From the NCBI GenBank assembly GCA_002633005.1, contig NMRA01000192.1, positions 1 to 64,000 of the forward strand: 64,000 bases of DNA, given 5' to 3'. Under the pieces are notes generated by a model. It searched no databases and was not told where the DNA came from. It was given only the letters and a program-made list of their open reading frames with translations. The first letter of the stretch is position 1. The number at the start of each line of letters is the position of its first letter. The translations under genes were made by a program, and so were the position numbers. The DNA is from Phoronis australis. Its lineage: Eukaryota > Animalia > Phoronida. Of this stretch, positions 51,701 to 64,000 are shown piece after piece.

Positions 51701-54086
51701 ATGCGCCCAGGCCATTTATTTTGGAAACTGCAATGAAAAACTCTAGTGCAACTGGTTGTACCAGTCTGAAAGGTCAGTTCCCTTGGATGAGTCGGATTAT
51801 GAGCAAAATAAAGGGATACCGCAAAACTAGTCGGTATTTTACCAAACATTCCCGTATCCAACAGACCTCTATCTCCTGCCACAACCATGAAAAAGTCTAT
51901 TGTGTGTGAACACGGAACAGAACTACGCAACCCAGAGCAAAAGTAGTCCAAAAGAGTCCCTCAAAACAGATAAAAATTATTGCTGTACTCGGTTACATTG
52001 AGACATACCGGTAACTGTGACTGTATATAACCCAAACAGGAACTGTAGCACTGTCATAACAATAACGGTAATGAGACTGGTGTACCAAGGGGTTGTATAA
52101 ATTAGGTTTGAATGCCTCTTGAACACTTTATTGAAAGGAAAACACATGACTTATGTACTAACGTTTTTCACCTAACGCATAAAACCAGTGACAAATATAC
52201 ACACCATCAAAACAACTTTGATAACAGGATAATCGAGCAATGACTACTTAAAATATATACAACGCTAAGATGCAACTCATACTGAACCCCAACGACCCTT
52301 TTAATGGCCAACCACAAAGTTTTCTTAATAAATTTCATCATTTAGGTGGGTGTATCTTCGGAATCTGGGATGAGGCGGGATAAGTAAAACAAGACAGAAA
52401 ATGTACCCATGGCGAGTGGTCATTTGGAAAATAACCTAAAATGCGCAAACAGAAAAATACCTAAAAACAATGATGAGAGCATGAGTTTCTGAAAATTCCA
52501 AATTCACAAGATTTGAACATTAAAAAATTTATGCACTTGCCTTAATTACATAATCAAAATTCCAGGTAAAAGTAATGGAACCAACATAACTACTGTCCTC
52601 ATGATCGGGGAGTAGTGCAATACTGTACTTTTCACAGGAGGTGCAGCGGGAAAGTTAGAATATCCACCATGTGAGAGACCACTTGAAAAGAGGGGCCTCC
52701 ATGAAAAAGCAACCCTTTCTTGGTATCCTGTTCCAGAAGCATCACTCTTTTTTAGGGGTTAGTTCCTTAACCCTATCCCTTTCATAGGAATTCATAGACA
52801 GTGAATTTTATACCCATTCAGATTAAACCATAAAAGAAGAGAGGCTACAAAGTTAACCAATTGCAACATAAGTTTTAAAAATATAAATAATACGAAAAAT
52901 CCAACTATATTTGTATAATTGGAGAAAGGAAACTTTTGCAGTTTTGAATTCCCAAAACATTTTGTGGATAATTTTGTTGAAAATCACCCTTTAACATCAG
53001 AAAAGGCCCTTCTAGTATGGAAACTGGTTGTTTAAGTCACATTTCTGATCAGTACATCCCACCACAATTTCTACGGGATTACTCAACCCCTGGCACACTC
53101 TAATACCGCTTTATTACGTTTAGGCGCTTAAAAAAAAAAACGACAAAATTGTACGATACAATATGGTATTCGTGGTAATAAAATGGAGAGTAAATGCAAC
53201 GATGTTATGGAACATAACACAATAGCAGCATCAATGCAAAGTGCTAGATATACAGTCATGCGCAGATCTTTTGAAAGTACAACATCTACAAAAGCTAGAC
53301 ACATTAAATGGTCGTTATAAACCGACAAGGAGGAGTTCCATGCAAGACCTGATACAACAACCCATTTTTTTTCTAAAACCTAGCCATTCACATTAGAACA
53401 TAAATCAAGTCGAAAGTCCCTACACTATATACCATCACAAGCTCTAAATTTTACCAACCCACAACAGTCACAGGCAGGTCTCGTGTACTCTGCAAGATTG
53501 CCACAATGAATAACTTCATTGCCCACTGAACCCCGGCAGCGGTCGGTCAACCAAAGAGAACCATTGTCCCCTCTTACATTTCATAGGCACACAGTAAACA
53601 ATTTATAATAAAAACACACCTCCTAGCATACGTACTTTAAAAACAACACTACAGGCAAAGACAGGCTAATGCAATCTCCAAAAATCGACGTACAAAAATC
53701 GCCAATTTCGTAACAGGTACACATATAGGCATTGCATTTTTTCCATGGTATAGTGTCCACATGTCTATTTGAATCCATCTAGAGGCAGAACGTGTCACAT
53801 GGTGTAGAAATGACACTGATGTGGAGAAACATTGCACAAGTAACACGGAAATCAAAACGAGGACACAGCATGTCATCTGACAAAATCTTGCAGCACATTG
53901 CTACCCTTCATCATCATCTCCAAAATAATGTTACCAACACAAGAGGCAGAAATTGCACAATTTACCAAGATCCAGTCAAATACAAAAAGTTTCTTAGAAA
54001 ATTAACGTCTTGTTACTGATTCAAAAGCAACCTCCATCTGCCAGCCAAGACAGTTTCTACCCCTATTTTTCATGAAAACATCAAAT

Positions 54087-54283
54087 CTATGCTGCTACCT
54101 CTTCACCCGGTACCGCCACATCCCCTTCTCCTTCACTACCCTTTTCATCCATTTTTTCGCCTTCATCACTTTGATCTTCTGCAATCTCTTCTTCAGGTTC
54201 AGATTTGTCGTCTGCTTCATTTCCCGCCTCAACTGGTTCCTCTTCATAATCCTCATCGTCATCGTCCACAAGCGACGCAGCCG
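54087..54283 (-). CDS. Terminal coding exon of an unidentified gene (highly acidic C-terminal tail)
   Basis: Acceptor ttgtttctttatctcAG (phase 1). Reads AASLVDDDDEDYEEEPVEAGNE...EEVAA*. Followed by A/T-rich UTR-like sequence with AATAAA candidates at 53115-53110 and 52132-52127. Confidence 0.75.
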
Positions 54284-55656
54284 CTGAGATAAAGAAACAA
54301 TGTCCGATGTGTTTAAACTGCCTATGGCATCTGTTTAGCTGTCAACTTCGATTCTTAACTGATGCATTTTGAGGTTTAAAAAAATTCGATTTTGAATTTT
54401 TGTTGAATGAACCGACATCTCAAGTTATACACAATGCATAATTTTTGAACTCACAATTTTAGGGTTGGCCAACCCTGAATATACACAGCGTTTTCTCTAG
54501 TCACTGATGGCTTTATTGGCAAAGGGAAATAAACTCCTATCGCAATAAGCAATACCAGTCCTGCTCCCATGTGAAAATTGGTGGAAATAATCCCATTTAT
54601 TCTTCAAGCAAATTTTACTAGGAAATATTTCTGCATTGGGGACTTGAATTTTCTGGGATTACGAGTTTCATCAATTTTTGCTGGGTTAATACTGGGAAGG
54701 ATTATTCACAAGGTAAATGTCTTGTTGATCCAATCAAAATCCCAATCCTTATCTGTATCACACAACAACTGGTTCTGGCACCATACTACACTGATTGTGT
54801 AGTGTCAGTGTATGCCAATAGGGGTGACATAGCTTCTCAGTATTTATGAATTCTTTACGGACACGACTGTTTGTGATAACAATCTCGCGTATTTTTCCCC
54901 TAAAATATCTCTGGGATTTCAAAAAATATGAGAATTGCAATATTATGAGACTGACATGAGATTAAAAGCCCTAACACGATTTTCATTTTTAGCCCGTTAA
55001 TCAGGGCAAAATGCAGCATTAAATAAAATCAGTAATGAGACGAACAAAAGTAACAGCAACAACAGCTTTACACATTCTTCAAAGCACTTAACAACTTTAT
55101 TAACTAGGCCAAGGATCATGACCTATTTCCACGCTTGATGAAACACTTGTAATGCCCTTTGGCTTAACTAATTAGCGAATATTTACAGATAAACCCTCCA
55201 CAATATAAGGACCTGGAAAGATTTCAGATTCCACAACAGAATAAAACTAAACAGTTACCGGCATGCCAGGAAAATAAAGAGACATAGATGCACAAGTTTC
55301 TAAAAATCGTGTCATTTTTTGCTTATGGTAAGACAAGTTAAACTGAGGGTTCAACAACCTCTGACCTCTATCAAACTGTACCAGACTTAAACAGCAAAAA
55401 AAAAGAAAACAGACCCAGTTACACAGAATACTGTTGTGTTAAAGGACAAAACAACTAATGTAATACACAGTGTCGGTTAACCGCAGACATGTAGTTTTTC
55501 ATCTAACACAATCTCAAACACAATTGGTGGAAAAAACAAGTTCTCCTGAATAGAATCGAATAAAAGGAATCTACATATCCCTAATCAGTAACACAACTGC
55601 CAAGTTCAAATATCATACGAAAACATCCTGTGTAACCTGTTTGTACATCATCTTAC

Positions 55657-55715
55657 CTCTTTCCGCAGCTTGTCTCTTGGGTCTTCGAGAATCTTTTGCA
55701 GCATTTGCATGTGGC
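55657..55715 (-). CDS. Penultimate 59-nt coding exon of the same gene
   Basis: Acceptor ttttgtttttAG and donor GAG|GTAAGA. Reads PHANAAKDSRRPKRQAAER and ends in phase 1, matching the terminal exon. Confidence 0.72.
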
Positions 55716-58700
55716 CTAAAAACAAAACGAAACAACACTTGTCACTGGTACTTCTTCTGAATCAGAACGGTCACAGTGCGCCCACATGACTCAGTCACAC
55801 AACAAGTATGTGTTTCAGTGGCAACCGCTAGCTTGTTTTGATTTAGTTTTTGTCAGCAGAAATAATTCAAGTTATGAAATGAGAGGAGTTTTTTATGATA
55901 ACACAGTACGGCACAAGACAAAAGAAAACAGACGACATGTAATACGTTCACGTCACCATGGCTAAGTCTGTTAACAGCAAAAATGGCTGGTAGTAACCAT
56001 TGTGGTGGTTAAATTCTAATTACAGCGTGGCTTAGCCACCTTACTGAGCTTCCTGATAATTCCCATTCATTCTCTGTCATTAGGGACGGCTTACATTGAC
56101 GACGAATTCAGCTTCATCCCAGCCATCATGACAGGGAATTCTGGGTCATTTTGTCGGAATACTTTTGGCACGTAATGTATGTCCAGGGCTAAATTCACAT
56201 GCAATAGTGTCTTAGTATTTTAAACTATCTTAAACATGTTTTATCTTACTTCATGTTTAAGATTTCCATGTCATTATCAACTTGACCACCAAGCGTTTGT
56301 TTGCCACAAGTGTTTGTCCCCACAATTCCATTTTGCTCACATTTTCACCTGTTGCCCAAAGTTCACATGCCGTAGCAAGTTCTAGCATTTTAAACCACCT
56401 CAAACATACTTCATTTTTGTTAAAGTTGCGGATTTTCAGAATTCCAAGGCAAGCTCTATGAAGGCTATGGAATGACTATTTCAAAGTTTTCCAGAGGTAG
56501 AACTGTTTTAGTGGAAGTGCGAATGGGGCTTTAATAATGCTCAACCATTGAGGGTGCTTCATCTCACCATTAGGAAGGAACAAACAACAAACACTGCACC
56601 ACACAGACCACAGTACAGACAAGCTCAGGTCAATAGCATACACATTCAGACTTAGCCCATTCATTTGGTGAAAGTCTGCACTTGTTTTGGTGCTAAAAAT
56701 ATCTAATAACTAATTATTTATTCATTAAATAATCAACAGAAAAGTTTTGTATCTGAAATGGTGGCACTCCACAGAGCTGGAGACATACTGTTCAATGAAC
56801 CTAACAAGACAATCACCATCCAGGCGTTTATTTTCAACTGACTGGCTCAGGAGAGACTACTTATTTCTGCTAATCTAACTCCTTACAGAAGGTGAGAGTT
56901 CTATTTTCAGCAAGCATTTGCCACAGGTACACAGGTAACAGTCTGCAAAGTGTGTGCCTTCTAAACAAAACTGACACAGCAGAAGAGAACTGTTTGTTCA
57001 GATCGTTCAACAATGCACAGAGTCTTACACAAACACAACGTTATAATTATCACAAGACTACTTCACCACACATGCACACAGTATCTCACTTGTTGAAATT
57101 TGCTGTGTGCGAAGACATGGATTGGTCATTCAATTTTTTCATCCGCGTTAAATCTGCATTCAAACAGTCAAGAGTACAGGTGGACATGTACTGAAAACTC
57201 TTCCCACACACTAATGGCTTTGAAGTGAGGATCAGCATAACAGGTGTACATCTAGTGTCCGACCATTGAAATTCAAATGTAAGCTTGAATGCTTTGCTCG
57301 ATATTGAAATAAAACAGGCCAAAAGCTTCATGAACATCTACTTATGATTAAATCTCACCATCTTTGTTCAGTCCTCAGACTTCTTACGTGGCTATGCATG
57401 CAACAATTTTGAACTTAAAAATGATAAAACTTACTGCTGGTGTTACTTATCTTCTAAGAAATCACTGACAGAAAACGTCAAATTGCCCTTCCTCGTCTAT
57501 CATATTGTGTCCTAAGTTGATGAGGTTTGACCATACAAGAGAAGGGCGGCATCATAATGGACCACGAGAACCATTAATGGGAAGAAAAGTTTCTACTTTA
57601 AAAAATCATTTCAGGCAAGCCTTGTCAAATGCAGCGTTTAACTTTCCTGTCAGGCTTTACTGTCATTCTTCAAATGCATCATGTTGACGGCTCCATAAAT
57701 TTCTGGTGACATCACAGAACAGTTGGGGGTGTGGACTGCATTTTGTAAAGCAGAAGAGTTTAGGGTGTAAAACTAGTGTGACAGTGAGCTGTGCTTGTTA
57801 TGAATGGCAATGACATGAAGTCATACCTAACCTTACGTTCTTGCAATTTTTTGGGTCTATGTAACGCAGACCTGGAGTTTCAGGTAATGAGATTTAACTC
57901 CAGTGTTACGGGTGCCTTGAGACCTTTCGAGCAATAGACTTACTAAAATTCTTTGAACTCATTCGATGCATGATGAGGCTCTTTCAATTTTTCTTTTACA
58001 TCATGTTGCAGTGAACCCAGGTGCTCAGTTGTGGTGAGCTCAAGTGACTCGTGCCAGTGTCAGTCACTAAGTTTCCTGTGACGTCACCAGATGTTTACGA
58101 GCCAACAACCATCCCACAATGCATTTGAAAAATGGCATACCAATGCCACTAACTGAGGAAGTTTTGCCACAGATGAAATCTCCCGAATTAATATCTAAAA
58201 TTACATAACATCTACAGTACACGTCAAAAAATTGCACAACATTCCATTTCGCCATCATTCCGGCTACTCTGAATTTGGTATGCGCTCAGCAGTCACAACA
58301 GGGAAGTCCACTTGAGGTCAGTAGTCCCAACAGGGAACTTGTCTCATTAGATTTGTGATGCACTGCATGTATGCTGCTGCACCCAACAGTAATCAAATGT
58401 TTGGAATTATGTACGTTTAATACGAAGAAACGAAGAACGTTCAAGAAATAACTTAATTCCGTCCCAAATAAGGCAATGGACACTTGCAGGAGCCCTAGAT
58501 TTTGACGACCAGTTGGATGATGACTATGCAGTTTAGAAAACTGGTTCTCATTCTCTTTTGAGGTTACATATCAACTACAAAACGGGGGTGCATGTCAAAC
58601 AAAAATACTGGTGTGCTAAAAAGGACTACGTGAGCCGTGGCTATTTCCCAGCTAGTCAGATGATATCAACGGCCACAGATAGCAAATTCCTGCTTTTTAT

Positions 58701-61262
58701 CAAATGGAACAAGTACATAGCTGATGAAAGACAAATATCGCCCATTGTCCGCATAAATGAGATATTAAATTGTTACAAATAACATGTTTGTCAAGGTAAG
58801 GGACCGTGTCACCGCATACCGGAGACTTAGTGTTATCCACGAAAGAGAACAACAAAAAACATCAACTGGTTAATCGTGCGATCAGAAGTGTTTACTGACA
58901 AAACAAAGCAGGTGGCACTGTTCTCACATATGTACCGCGTCACCTCTGCAACAAAAAATGCCCGTTCCCTAACATATTTGTGGAAAGCTGCATTTTGTGA
59001 CCATCTCTAGACTATGAATAGTGTGTTGTGCTTTGGCAGTCACATTCAGTACACGTGTAATTCATGTGCACATTATTTGATGATCATTACTAATGCACAA
59101 GATTCCCCACTTAAGTAGTTAGTAAACACACTAGAGATATGACTGAGGTCATGCGCAACACTAGAGGACTGTTCAAATTTTGCAAACTTCAAGAATGAAA
59201 TGAATTGTTCATTCTCATACTGTATTAAATACACTGTTCTCCATAACACTACCGCGAATTGTTTCATCATGTTCCACTTCACAAAAAAATCACACTGTTG
59301 GCCGCAAGCAAACGAATCTTGCTCAACAAAAAATAAGCGTGGTGCGGTGTACAGGTCAGCAGTGAAATGGTCACTTCTTTGGATTTACACAGGACTGCGT
59401 ATCCATGCTAATCAAATTACAGAATTGGCTGTTAACAGTATTTGTACAATACCCAAGATGATAAAGTGAAAGTATACCCTCCGTACAAACTCTCATTTTC
59501 ATCAGTTCAGAACAAATTAGTGTGCATACTCAATGGTGAAACACACAACCCCAGGGGATAAGGATGGTCAGTGTGCAAACCTACCAGGTAAAGTCAACAA
59601 ACTGCAATTTGGAAACAAGATTGGTCAAATTTAGGCCAGGCAAAAATTAATGTGTACCTTTCCACACCTATTGATATCTGGAGTCAGACAGGTAGAAGAT
59701 TGTTTATACAAAGCGAAAAATTATGTTTACAGCTGCGAAAAGGGTTTAATCAGCTATGTACTGAAAGGTGTGCAAATTATCCAACCGGCATGGTATAAGA
59801 AAAAACACTATTGTCTCCTGGACTGTTAGTAATCTTGTTAATGCCAGAAGTGTGTGCATAAGATTAGACCATAAAGCGTTATGACCAGAACACAGGAAAA
59901 GATGTGACAGAAAATGTTTGCTCAAACTACGGTAAAAAAATGTTTGTACGATCAAACTCTTAATCGTGACCAGTATCACGAATTGCCCTGGGGCTCATGT
60001 TATCAGATATGTATTCACTGATCTTCACCTGCCTTTAAATGTGTATTGACCAGACAGTGTGACATAACACGCAGTAACAGGTAGCCATAAAGAACCTCAA
60101 CAAACCCCCCAGTGTGTGACCACAGGCTGGACCACAAGGGGTACCCCAATCATGAATGAGACTTGTTTTGCGTGTATTTTTATTGATAGTAAATCCCGAC
60201 ATTCAACCTCGGTCGTGAACTGAGCAGCAAGCTACAGGACTGTCAAAAGACGACTTTTCTCATCAAGTTAAATCCCTTTACTATAACTTAACTTGGGCTT
60301 TGATACTTAACCAACAGTGGATGTTATTTCTTAGTGATTGAGTGATTGACAAAGTTATTTTTTGCATTATAGGTCATTACCTGTTGGATGTTATTGCTTA
60401 GTGATTGACTAAGATATTCTTTGTGTTATTGTCCATTACTATATTTTTTATTTGAATACCTTATCGCTATGTATATATAAACCAAGATATAATGATTTGT
60501 TTTCAGGGCTTATTCTTTGTACTGTTATTACATTGTCTTGTACTTTTGTCGCAATAAAAAAGCGAAAGGGTAGTTATTGAACGGTAATGGCGTGATTGTA
60601 AATTTTTAAGTTTAAAGTACTTTATGTGTAATTTTTTAAACACGAAGATTCAAGCAAATATTTGAAAAATAACTAAAATGAAATACCAAATAGAATTAGA
60701 ATGGCGCAATTTTTGTAGAAAACATAAATTATGCAAATTTTAACACCACTTGCTCCGTTGTTGAGAGCCACATCTGCCGATGACTTTGATGACACTTAAG
60801 TTAACCGTTCCCACGGTAGCGATGAATGGCTGGGGTTCTGTTAAATCCATCCATTTACTGTGAGAAGAAAACTTGCGATTTGTTAACTTCCAACCAAGAG
60901 TGAAGTTAAGCATTCCCACCAATCAACGCTCCCCTAAACACTAAAGTGTCAATGTTAGTGGGAAAAGGCCCAAAGATTATTCATCAACTTTTGGAAACAG
61001 AAGAAGGGTTGAAACAGAAAACAAAAATATTTTTTTTGTAAAAGTCGCAAAAGTTGAATTCGCATAAGAGGATCTTAGGTTAAAATTACAACAAAAATAC
61101 CGCTGCGGAGTACTGTAATGCTACTGCCTACATTCTGCGCCACACACGTTGAAATTCACTTTACACATATAAAATCTCTCGGTCTCGACTCATGCAAGTT
61201 TTGCTGTACATCGCAGCATCTTTTACTGAGAGTAAAACAGAATTCCACTGGAGACACCACAC

Positions 61263-61316
61263 ATTGGAGATTCCTACGTTTCGGACTACACTCTTCAGTC
61301 CTTTGTCAACCAATGG
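61263..61316 (-). other. Penelope-type minimal hammerhead-like motif (degenerate)
   Basis: TTGACAAA-GGACT(loop)AGTCC-GAAACGTA, flanked by complementary CATTGG / CCAATG. Confidence 0.35.
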
Positions 61317-64000
61317 CATCTCTGACTTAAAGAATTTTTCAACCTCACCACAGACTTACAAACATGTTTCCTATCATTTATTTTACATCAAAAACCCAAG
61401 AGCATTCTAAATTGTACATTCAACAACACGGGAAAAAATGAAATGAGCAAAAATTACACCATAACATTGAATTTCATCGTTTTTTATTTTGCCGCAAAGT
61501 TGGCTATCAACAGAAAACATACCAAACAATCAAAGAGCTGTAATTCTTTCATCCAAAAGACTCCTAAGCAGGAGTCCCTAAACTCCTGAACATAACCTAA
61601 TGTACACAGTTTCTTGGCAGGCCTGTTTTCAGGAATTGTCAGAGCCTTCAATTTGCATAAGAACACACTTATGTGAATAAGAACCATTGAATAAATAAAA
61701 TTTGTCTGGGTCCAGTGGTATGGGCTCCATCACTGTACTCAAAAGTAGTCCTCAAACAACAGTTTGGCTTCAGTCAAAAACATGGGTCATTCACCGTATG
61801 CCGTGCATAACGTCAGACTCTGGCTGACTTAAAACTCTGGCACAATAGAAAAATTGACTCCATTTAGTTCAAGCATTTTGTCATTATTTACCCAAGTTAT
61901 GACAAAATGCCTCTAGCTTATGCTGTCACTTTGAACAGGTCAAGTGCTAAGGGACGGGTTAAAATATTATTTTGATGGCTTTAAGGGTAACACACAGAAC
62001 TGGACGTAAAGCTTGACACATAGAAACTACATTTACTTCTTGTTGAAATAAGGTTACAACAATAATCAGTACATTGAGCGAACAAAGTCATCATTCTCTG
62101 CTCACGTCATGATAAACTACTGAAGCAATAAACTACTGACATTTCAGCTTACTAACAGCATTTTGGGCCTTGCACAAAGAAGCTACCGCCAAGATGCATC
62201 AACAGAGTGTCAAAATGTCATCAATTTTGACAAAGTTCGCCAACCCTTCCAAGAATGGCCCTTTTACTTGAATCACATGTGATCTGTCAACTCATTTTCA
62301 TAGTAGAAATCAACTACCATATGGCAAGTAAAAGTTTTGTGATCAGGTAGTAAGTGTTAAGGATGGTAACAGCGCTATATTTTGGATTTTGACAATTTTA
62401 TTTTTTTTGTACCATCATAGCCTTTGATTCTCCATTTACATTTTTGTAGAAAAACTAAATTGATTAAACGAACTTCTAAGTTGTCAATTTGGTCCAATTT
62501 CTGAATTTTACCCCATAGCACTGTTTAGCACACTTAACAGTAGCTGAGTCTAAAAGAAGCCAAGGTAGTCCATAAGCTCAAAACAAAAAACAAAAATGGC
62601 CATAATCATACCACAACACAACGAACCTTTGTCAGAAAACAACAGGCCAGGTAGACATAATGGTCCTGGCTCAGGGATATAATGGAAATTTAAGAAAAAA
62701 GTTGAAATTCTTCATTGATGACTTGACCTCGACCATAACAATATTCTGATAAACGACTGCAAAAAGGATTGATTTTTAATAAAAAATGATTGACAAAAAT
62801 GTTTTCTTTGGTTTTTGTCAAGTTTTGAGTCATGGGTATTACATTGCATAATGAAACTTTAATGACTGAGGAAAATTGAAAAATGCTCAGTGTTTCTATC
62901 TCCCTCAGTCAGCTCATTTCAAGATGTCAATGCTTTGGCCTACATAGCAAGGAAATACCATTTGAGCCCACGAAAAACTACATCAATTCAGAAAACAATT
63001 TTGGAAAAAATACGAAGCTGTAGAAATAATTAGTCAAATCTACTCTACCCACACATGAACTCAGCCTTGTGTTGGAAAACTCGACTTTCATAAACAGAGG
63101 TTTTTAAGGATATCACAGAAAGCAACTTTTAGACTGATACAATACATATAGTTGAAAACAAATCAAAGTTATACAGTGGACGCAATTATCCTTGCTACCG
63201 AGCCCACTTCTTTGTAAACAGTTCACAGTCTATGTCTCCATTCTCCCACTGATTTGAACCACTGTTTAAGATTTTGACTAAAAACCAAACATTACTGAAG
63301 AGCTTTCAGGCATTATCGGTTCTCTCAACATGCTGGACAATGCGCACTAATCTGCTATGGTCAATCAGGTTCAAGGGTCCTAGAGAACGAGCAGATTAGG
63401 CACTGAAGAGATTTACAAACACACGTGTTAGAATGCTTCCTAAGCCATAACTAGTATACCACCACCGATGTAATCCTGCGTAGTTCCATAGTGGTGGATG
63501 TCTCCTGCTCGTTTTGAAGATCCCTCAATAGAATTTATAGCTAATTAGTACTTACTGGACCCAAAGCTTCTGAAACAAACCTGACTACACAGTCATATAC
63601 TTTGTTGTTGAAGACAATAAATATGTCCTTGACTACTACAACATCACCATTTGCCAGCCAGTTCATTACAAGAAACAAAAAAAAATAAAATAAAAATGAT
63701 CTATTTTGTTTCTTGATTATCTTCCAGTATTTGCACCTTTATTGAAATATACATTGTGCATCGTCCAACAATGATTTCTGGATCGTTTTCACGGAGAACA
63801 AGAAATTATAACGGACCCCAAAAACTTTAGAAGATGGACCCCACTGTTTGCATGTGCAGGGTTCGCGCTGAATACTCACAGCCCAATTAATACTTGATAA
63901 CTCTATAGCTACTACAATAAGCGCACCTTCCAATCTAATAAGAGCATAATCAAGCATAACAAAGAGAAACAATTTCTAATACCATCACATTAGCTTTACT

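Noticed and set aside
61873-61910. 12-bp hairpin GCATTTTGTCAT/ATGACAAAATGC as a miRNA or terminator
   Set aside because: The stem is too short for a pre-miRNA, and intrinsic terminators are not relevant here.

Overview
This is animal (invertebrate-type, AT-rich) genomic DNA from a draft assembly, not a prokaryote. It has spliceosomal GT-AG introns, low gene density, many transposon fragments, one N-gap and a probable false duplication. Recognisable genes: (1) a single-exon Delilah/taxi-family bHLH gene (34370-34984, +) with a TATA/Inr core promoter, sitting in a ~30 kb gene-free region; (2) the last two coding exons of an unidentified basic/acidic protein gene (55715-55657 and 54283-54087, -); (3) a five-exon, phase-compatible, stop-free THAP-domain ORF (16852 to 6847, -, 488 aa). 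The THAP ORF is the N-terminal half of a P-element-type transposase whose catalytic half (~6440-5800) is broken by stops and frameshifts, so it is a candidate domesticated repressor-like P neogene. Its first intron holds an intact 537-bp miniature LTR retrotransposon (TRIM-like: LTRs, tRNA-Ser-type PBS, PPT, 4-bp TSD), an older inverted relative, a 5'-truncated LINE with a 12-bp TSD and a TA-flanked MITE. Other elements include a decayed Tc1/mariner transposase, several MITE families (some with 5-bp TSDs), a second P-element left end and a possible Penelope-type hammerhead motif. All calls were made by eye and no database searches were run.
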